Below the pieces are notes generated by a model. The model was not told where the DNA came from, did not search any database, and worked only from the letters and a program-made list of their open reading frames with translations. Positions 16,453 to 22,189 of a DNA stretch of 32,000 bases are shown here, piece by piece. The translations under genes were made by a program, and so were the position numbers. The stretch's first letter is position 1, and every line of letters starts with the position of its first letter. Origin of the DNA: Nostoc punctiforme PCC 73102 (GTDB taxonomy: Bacteria; Cyanobacteriota; Cyanobacteriia; Cyanobacteriales; Nostocaceae); contig NC_010632.1 of NCBI RefSeq assembly GCF_000020025.1, forward strand, positions 180,001-212,000, in the 5' to 3' direction.

Positions 16453-18222
16453 CTAAATTGCAATCGTTGGGTGCAAAAAAGCGCTTTCCAACCGCTGCTG
16501 TAATCGCGTATATCGCAGTTGTCCGTCACTAGAACGCAAAGCCTTGGATATCGCTTTCTTGGAACCAACGACGATCGCTAACTGCTTGGCACAAGTTAAT
16601 GCTGTGTAAAACTGTTTACGAGACAACATCATATAAGGCTGCGTATAGATTGGCAGAATCACCACCGGATATTCTGACCCCTGGCTTTGATGAATGGTGA
16701 GGCTCCAGGACAGGGCAATTTGATTTAAGTCTGCTCCCGTCCTAACAACAGTATGCTTACCATACTGTACAGTAACTTCCATCTCTTCAGGATCAATGGC
16801 CTTGATAATTCCGAAGTCGCCATTAAAAACTTCGTGATTATAATCATTAGTCAGTTGAATGATCCGATCGCCTTCTCGTAATAAATTCCCGCCCCTGGTA
16901 ATCTCTACTTTGTCGGGACTGGGCGGATTAATCAACTGCTGCAATACGGTATTGAGGTTACGAGTCCCAAGCAAACCCCGCGACATGGGGCAAAGCACTT
17001 GCACATCAGTAGCTAGATTGTAACCCAGGCGGGGAATCAAGTCTGTGATGATTTCGGATATTGCTTTAACACCATGTTTGGGGTGATGACCGCCGCCGTG
17101 CCACAGACACTCAGACACGGGATTATCGGAAATCGGTTCAATTGTGGGAAACTGGCTTCGGTTAATTTGGTGAGCAGCGATGATAATTGCGCTCTGTTGG
17201 GCTTGCCTAAATACCTTGGTCAACCGCACCACCGGAACGTGACCAGAATTAATCAAGTCAGAAAGGAATTGACCGGGGCCGACAGAGGGTAACTGGTCAA
17301 TGTCACCCACTAGCAGTAGTTGGGAACCGTATTGTATCGCCTTTACCAAAGAAGATGCCAGAAACAAATCAAGCATACTAGCTTCTAGCGCGACAATTGC
17401 GGTATGGGGTAAAGGGTTTTGATTATCGCGTAAGAAGCCCATTGTCTTTGGGTCAAATTCCAACAAGCAGTGTATCGTCTTGGCTTCGAGTTGTGTGATT
17501 TGACTCAGGCGTTGAGCAGCGCGTCCAGTTGGCGCAGCTAAGGCGATAGATTTGCCCATTGCTTTCCACAGAGAGACTATGATCTGGGTGGTGAAAGTTT
17601 TACCGCAACCGGGGCCACCAGTAAGAATCATTACCCTTGAATATGCAGCCATTTCTACCGCTAGCCGTTGCTGTGGTGAAAGTTTGATTTTACGACTCTT
17701 GGTGAAGCGCTCAATCCAGGCGCGAACACGAGGCATATCTTGTGCAACTGGTTGGCAAAATCTAGATTGTATTAATTGAGCAAGGTTCTGTTCAGTGTGA
17801 AAGTACGTTGGTAGATAACATAGCAGCGTTTGGTCTTCGCTTTTCTCGCGGATTAAGTCATCCTTGAGTGCCATGTCTTTGATAATATCAGCAAGGGCAT
17901 CTTCTTCAGGTGTGTGATCTGCTGTAGTCAGCAGTTTGATAACATTCTCAATGAGTTTTGGCTGGGGTAAATAGCAATGCCCATCGGCAGCAGCTTCGTT
18001 CAAAACATGAATTAAACCAGCACGGTAACGGAACTGACTATCAGGCGCAACTCCTAAATTAAAGGCAATTTTATCAGTTCTCAGAAAACCAATACCGTAG
18101 ATGTCAGCAGCTAACTGGTAGGGATTGCTGGTGAGAGTAGCGAGTTCTTCATCCAAGTAATGCCTGTAAATTTTGACTGCATAAGTAGTAGAAACGCCAT
18201 GACTGTGGAGAAATAGCATTAA
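16453..18222 (-). pseudogene. RecD2-like SF1 helicase, 5'-truncated and with altered catalytic motifs; read as one ORF with the IS630 fragment
   Basis: Homology begins abruptly at LFLHSHGVSTTYAVKIYRHY (the helix-hairpin-helix region), so the usual N-terminal part is missing. Walker A LTGGPGCGKTF and LLLVGDIDQLPSVGPG are intact. Motif II reads ALEASM where DEASM is expected. TIHQSQGSEYP stands where HKSQGSE is expected. Motif VI reads YTALTCAK where YTA.TRAK is expected (TGT codon, one transition away from CGT). Confidence 0.65.
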
Positions 18223-18306
18223 ATAGATGTAAGAAAATAAAATAAAAATAAGTTGATAGCTAAATAAAGATATTTTGAATTGAAGCAGAGACTTGATATT
18301 TGGGTT

Positions 18307-18570
18307 ATGCCATCGGCGACGGCGACCCGGACGCGAACAATCCCACAAACTATCGAGTTTGCCCCAGTACCAGCGATGAATTGTGTCGCGTACAGTCTGT
18401 GGATGCCATTTTAAGTATTGTGCGATCTTTAGCACTGTCCATCCAGCGGCTGATAATCGTAGTACAGTGGCACGACTTTGAGTTCTTGGTGGTATACCTT
18501 TTGCTTGAGTGAGTGCTAGTAGGGCTTGATCTTCTATTGGTGACAGGTCAACTTTTAAAGGCGCTGGCAT
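18307..18570 (-). mobile_element. IS630-family transposase N-terminal HTH fragment (about 88 codons), fused in frame to the helicase remnant
   Basis: MPAPLKVDLSPIEDQALLALTQAKGIPPRTQSRATVLRLSAAGWTVLKIAQYLKWHPQTVRDTIHRWYWGKLDSLWDCSRPGRRRRW is the characteristic IS630/Tc1-type winged-HTH N-terminus. No DDE catalytic domain follows. An AT-rich junction (18223-18306) links it to the helicase. Confidence 0.65.
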
Positions 18571-18775
18571 CTTGGTCAGGGGTAAAAATATTTACGACTA
18601 AAAGAGATTATCCCAACTTGATGTGCCATTTTACTTTATCGAATTCTATTTACGAACGCCAAGATGCTCCCTGATGGCTGAAGGGACTTTAGCTGATTGC
18701 GAGTTAGTTTATGATGTCGTAAATTACACAGTTAAAAATACAACTTTAACATCGAACCAAACCACCGTGCTATAT

Positions 18776-18849
18776 CATGATACTTGTCTAGGTAAACAAA
18801 TATGTTGTTGGTAGGTTTATTTAGCCTATTTACCTAGATGAGTATCATG
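18776..18849. repeat. 21-bp inverted repeat (2 mismatches) with a 32-bp spacer
   Basis: The arms are CATGATACTTGTCTAGGTAAA (18776-18796) and TTTACCTAGATGAGTATCATG (18829-18849). The right arm contains the ATG of the 18838 ORF. Confidence 0.4.
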
Positions 18850-19128
18850 CAGAAAGTTTTACTGCATAGCGATGCCTATAGTAATTATAATTGCGTAAAG
18901 CAAAGTGTTTTAGATTACAAAAAACACAGTAATACAGAGGGCATAAGGGAAGGCACAGACATCGTTTGGCATGGTGGTCTGCAAATTCCCGCTCCTTTTA
19001 ATACCCTCGATCTTGGCTCATATAAAGGATTAGTTTTTGCCGACCAATGGTCGGCAAATTGCGATTTTCATAGAGCGATCAGCTACGCTCTTGCGGTTAC
19101 GCCATCGCTTAATAAAAGCATGAAGTAA
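18838..19128 (+). CDS. Hypothetical protein (96 aa), no recognisable motifs
   Basis: Only ORF-level evidence is available. It lies in a region of gene remnants, so coding status is doubtful. Confidence 0.25.
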   Translation: MSIMQKVLLHSDAYSNYNCVKQSVLDYKKHSNTEGIREGTDIVWHGGLQIPAPFNTLDLGSYKGLVFADQWSANCDFHRAISYALAVTPSLNKSMK

Positions 19129-19225
19129 TCAGTGACTGCAAAGTTTAAGTATAAAAAGCTATAAAGCCTTGAGAAATAACTGATGTGCGTGAGCAAAACT
19201 ATTTACTGGCTGAACTAACTTAGAA

Positions 19226-19535
19226 ACGGCGATCGCCACCGAAAAGAGCGAGTACGCCATCGCTGTTGACTGCGCTGCTCACATCAAAAATTTTGGGTTT
19301 CACTGTTCCTTCTGACCCCAAACCGATTTGGCTGTTGGGGTTGTTGTTAGACCAACTGGGGTTAAAGTTAACTTACCGCTTGCAGGGGACAAGAGGTCAA
19401 CAAGTTAAATTATTTTCTTTATCTAAGAAAGAATTAGACTTGAATTGCGTTGGTTGGTTGTGCTGGAGATGGAGGAAGTCGCCGCAACGGAACTGCGATC
19501 CAAGGAAGCGACTGTGCCTGATGTTTACGATTGCG
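19226..19535 (+). pseudogene. Relic of a second CyRepA-type replication gene (C-terminal fragment, frameshifted and internally deleted)
   Basis: 19269-19441 parallels 14116-14287 of the intact rep gene. At protein level ILGFTVPSDPKPIWLLGLLLDQLGLKLTYRLQGTRGQQVKLFSLSKKELD matches ILGFTIPSDCKPIWLLATMLEQLGLKLTFRKQGKRGQQVKLFSLSKEELE. 19445-19527 parallels 14688-14772, but only in another frame (VLEMEEVAATELR versus VLELEAIAANELR). About 400 bp is missing between the two blocks. An extra C in GGGTTTCACT near 19300 shifts the frame. Confidence 0.7.
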
Positions 19536-20202
19536 TCTTCTTCCATTCGTCTAATGTTAAGCAAGTTTTCCCAGTGGGTATTAATCCTGTGGTTGCTGAC
19601 ACACCGAAATTTTTCAGCGCATAATTTTCTACTTCTGCGTCCTTGAAGGCAAATTCTACTACTGTTTGCTTTTCCTGCTTTGACAGAGCTTCAATCTTCA
19701 CGTTTGCTGCGGTAGGAACAGCATTCGTTTTATCTCTGGTGAAATTTTTTACATTATAAAATTGCTCTTGTTTTGGCTTACCTGAGTTCAAGCATCCTTT
19801 AGACTTGACAAACAATCCTGTAGCCCAATAGCTATTAACAAAGTGTTGCTTATTAACAAACTGCACCCCATTAGCTGCCCAAACATAAACGGGATCAACA
19901 TATCCTTTAGTTTTGGGAATTTTAGTTTCGCTACATCTTACTCCATCCCGCAGACGACTTCTATAATCTCCGCATACCTTCCAAGTTATTCTATATAAGT
20001 TAGGTGTCTCTTCTACATATTGCCTTATTTGCTCCTGTACTTCCTTATCTTTTTGGCTTTGTTCATCAGTTACTTTTGCAGCATAAGCCTGTTTTAAGTC
20101 ATTCTCTGCCTGAGCAACGTTGTCCGCATCAGAGTGGCAAGCTCCTAAGCAAAGTGCTACACCTATTGAAACAAGTGCTGTAAATATTTTTCTTTTACTC
20201 AT
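19525..20202 (-). CDS. Putative lipoprotein of unknown function
   Basis: 225-aa ORF with a lipoprotein signal peptide and lipobox (MSKRKIFTALVSIGVALCLGAC-HSD). No catalytic motifs were recognised. Confidence 0.65.
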   Translation of the reverse strand: MSKRKIFTALVSIGVALCLGACHSDADNVAQAENDLKQAYAAKVTDEQSQKDKEVQEQIRQYVEETPNLYRITWKVCGDYRSRLRDGVRCSETKIPKTKGYVDPVYVWAANGVQFVNKQHFVNSYWATGLFVKSKGCLNSGKPKQEQFYNVKNFTRDKTNAVPTAANVKIEALSKQEKQTVVEFAFKDAEVENYALKNFGVSATTGLIPTGKTCLTLDEWKKTQS

Positions 20203-20236
20203 AAATACTCCAACAAATGATTATGAAAATTGTAAT

Positions 20237-20374
20237 AATTCAGCACCCAGAAGTCAGAAGCCAGAAGCCAGAATTTAAAAGCAATGAGCGTATAACTCTT
20301 CTATTGATTGAAAAGAATTTACTCTTCTTCTCCAACATTCTGGCTCCTGACTCCTGAATTCTGACTCTTGACTG
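20237..20374. repeat. Dispersed hairpin repeat, copy A (arms are heptamer arrays AGAAGYC / CTCCTGA)
   Basis: The element reads AATTCAGCACCCAGAAGTCAGAAGCCAGAAGCCAGAAT ... central core AAAAGCAATGAGCGTATAACTCTTCTATTGATTGAAAAGAATTTACTCTTCTTCTC ... ATTCTGGCTCCTGACTCCTGAATTCTGACTCTTGACTG. The arms pair over about 27 bp with 4 mismatches. A near-identical copy is at 26974-27128. Confidence 0.75.
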
Positions 20375-20411
20375 AAAATTAATTCCCAATTTCCTTGCTT
20401 GACCATTTAAT

Positions 20412-20637
20412 GAAATTCAAAATTTAAAATTCAAAATTCAAAATTCAAAATGAATAATAAGAATAATTTTGAATTAATTGGCTATTTCTTGCCCCCACTG
20501 ATTTTTTGAATCAGTGGTCTACAAGACGCTCCTACACTGCTAATGCTACGCTATCAGTGGTGGGTTTCAAGCCCCTACTGATAGCGCCGGCGGCAAGCGA
20601 GCTTGCGAGCGTCTTGTAATTTTGAATTTTGAATTGT
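20412..20637. repeat. Composite palindromic element: inverted AAATTCA heptamer arrays enclosing nested perfect stems
   Basis: Five tandem AAATTCA/AAATTTA units lie at 20412-20448, opposite ATTTTGA ATTTTGA at 20618-20637. Three perfect stems lie inside. A 9-bp stem is CCACTGATT/AATCAGTGG (20495-20517). A 12-bp stem is TACAAGACGCTC (20520-20531) with GAGCGTCTTGTA (20607-20618). A 10-bp stem is CGCTATCAGT (20549-20558) with ACTGATAGCG (20577-20586). The palindrome GCAAGC-GA-GCTTGC is at 20594-20607. Confidence 0.6.
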
Positions 20638-20808
20638 TTTGACCCAATATCTACTTCTAACAAATGCTGAAGTACAAGCTGCAAGTATTATACATATTTG
20701 TTATATACATGCAATCAAGTTTTAACAGTTTTTAGTTACGATGCAAAACATGGTGAGGTATCGAAGGGAAAGCTGAATTTATGGAGAGCGGGGATACTTA
20801 AACAAGTG

Positions 20809-20829
20809 GGAAGTCGGAAGTCGGAAGTA
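20809..20829. repeat. Tandem heptamer GGAAGTC x3 (STRR-like)
   Basis: GGAAGTCGGAAGTCGGAAGTA was read directly. Confidence 0.7.
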
Positions 20830-21185
20830 CAGTTTTGTAACGGGGATTTTAATTAGGTAGGGGACTTAAACCCCCAAACTTTGTTAAAGCTAATTTAAAT
20901 ATTTCACATCATAAAGCTAGCCAATAGTCAATCCCCCCTATTTAACACTTACTGAAGAGATAGTACAGATATTTATACTAATAAATAAGTATAAATTTAA
21001 GTAAATCAAGCAAAAAGACTGATAATACAACAAAGAATTTCTATCTACGTACATTATTTATGTTAGTAATATTACTCCAGTACTACAGGTCTGTTTTTTT
21101 CAGTACCAGAGTACCTCGATTTTGGGATTGACTTATTCAAGAATGTGCCTATCCCTCAAGACATCGTTCAGGAGAACGAAAACAG

Positions 21186-21779
21186 ATGCGTACTGACTAC
21201 GAATACCCAGAAAGTTTTTCCGCTTCGTCAACAGCAACCCTCTCACCTTCTCCAAAGAATGACAGGGCGAAAAAAGGCACACTTACACTCATGGGTGTGA
21301 CTGGTGTGTTGATGATAGCAGAGATGTCTGTCCACAATATATTGATGGGTGGATTTATGATTGCGTCTGCCGTGGTCATTGCCTTGCCGAAACAGTCACA
21401 AGCATTATTTACTAACTTCGATAAACTACAACGAAAGTATGGAGTTAATCTGTATGCAGTGTTATTTGCACTGTTAGCAGTAATTTGTCTAATTGATTTT
21501 GCGGCGGCTCCAGCTAATGCTCAGTTTTTCAATAATGCTCAAACTTGGATGTCCAACACTTTTGGTAATGCCGGCAATGGACAAACAGCAGCAGTTATCG
21601 CACTTTTTTTCAATGTATTGAGAGCTTTATTCCTATTATATGTTGGGATTAGTCTAGTTCAGATTATTCAATCTGCCCGGAACGATGAAGATTGGCAGAC
21701 ACTAGCAAGAACTCCATTAATCATAGTTATGGCAGTTTTTGTTGGAGATTTAATTACTGGTTTGATTGTTCAGGTTTAG
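21186..21779 (+). CDS. Candidate T4SS pilin precursor (VirB2/TrbC-like), first gene of the transfer operon
   Basis: The 197-aa membrane protein has a long leader that ends in a signal-peptidase-like site (LIDFAAAPANA-QFF). The roughly 90-aa C-terminal part has two hydrophobic helices separated by a charged loop (SARNDEDWQTLART), which is the VirB2/TrbC topology. It sits two genes upstream of virB4. AGGAGA lies 12 nt upstream of the ATG. The assignment rests on topology and position only. Confidence 0.45.
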   Translation: MRTDYEYPESFSASSTATLSPSPKNDRAKKGTLTLMGVTGVLMIAEMSVHNILMGGFMIASAVVIALPKQSQALFTNFDKLQRKYGVNLYAVLFALLAVICLIDFAAAPANAQFFNNAQTWMSNTFGNAGNGQTAAVIALFFNVLRALFLLYVGISLVQIIQSARNDEDWQTLARTPLIIVMAVFVGDLITGLIVQV

Positions 21780-21794
21780 TAAGAAAGCTTTTTA

Positions 21795-21842
21795 AGTTAT
21801 CAGTTATTGATAAATACGTATTTGAATTAATAGCTGATAACT
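21795..21842 (+). promoter_or_regulatory. Intercistronic stem-loop between the pilin-like and VirB3-like genes
   Basis: The arms are AGTTATCAGTTATT (21795-21808) and AATAGCTGATAACT (21829-21842). They form a 14-bp stem with 1 mismatch and a 20-nt loop. No U-tract follows. Confidence 0.4.
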
Positions 21843-21862
21843 CGTGATTAAATTCAGTAAAT

Positions 21863-22165
21863 ATGTCAAATAAACATGATTTTCGGACAGTAAATCGGAT
21901 TTTAGGAGAAAGACCAAGACTAGGGCCATTCCCTGCCGATCAAATATTTGCCTGGACATTAATAGCAGTAGTCAATGTATTTATCTTTAATTATCTACTG
22001 AAAACAAGTTGGTTAGGTACAGGATTAAGTATTGCTTGGGGATGGGCAACATGGTGGACAATTTCTACAAATAAAGACTTTTTCGGTAAATTCGTCAGCG
22101 TCCCTCGGATTAGTAGGGGATATATGAGATTTCAATCAATACAACAGAAGTCGGAAGAAAAATAA
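21863..22165 (+). CDS. Candidate VirB3/TrbD-like small inner-membrane protein
   Basis: The 100-aa protein has two hydrophobic segments (IFAWTLIAVVNVFIFNYLL and LGTGLSIAWGWATWWTI). It lies directly upstream of virB4, as virB3/trbD does. The assignment rests on size, topology and position only. Confidence 0.45.
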   Translation: MSNKHDFRTVNRILGERPRLGPFPADQIFAWTLIAVVNVFIFNYLLKTSWLGTGLSIAWGWATWWTISTNKDFFGKFVSVPRISRGYMRFQSIQQKSEEK

Positions 22166-22189
22166 GTTCTAAGTTCTAGTTAAATTTCA

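Noticed and set aside
16453-18570. Treating the 705-aa ORF as one bona fide protein
   Set aside because: It joins two unrelated protein fragments through an AT-rich junction, and the helicase lacks its N-terminus. It is annotated as an IS fragment plus a helicase remnant instead.
18623-18814. 63-aa ORF
   Set aside because: It has no motifs and lies in the scar region upstream of the IS630 fragment, so it is probably non-coding.
19266-19646. 126-aa ORF as a real gene
   Set aside because: Only its first roughly 58 codons resemble anything, namely the CyRepA C-terminus. The rest is out-of-frame read-through that overlaps the lipoprotein gene. It is treated as a pseudogene fragment.
20412-20448. 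Possible CRISPR array or tandem-repeat locus (also 20809-20829 and the arms at 20251-20275)
   Set aside because: The repeat unit is 7 nt with no spacers, so these are STRR-type heptamer arrays and not CRISPR. No 25-40 nt repeats with unique spacers occur anywhere in the window.
20549-20586. tRNA-like stem with a GGGTTTCAAGCCC loop region
   Set aside because: The loop does not fit the T-loop consensus (there is no TTC at the required positions). No acceptor, D or anticodon arms can be built.
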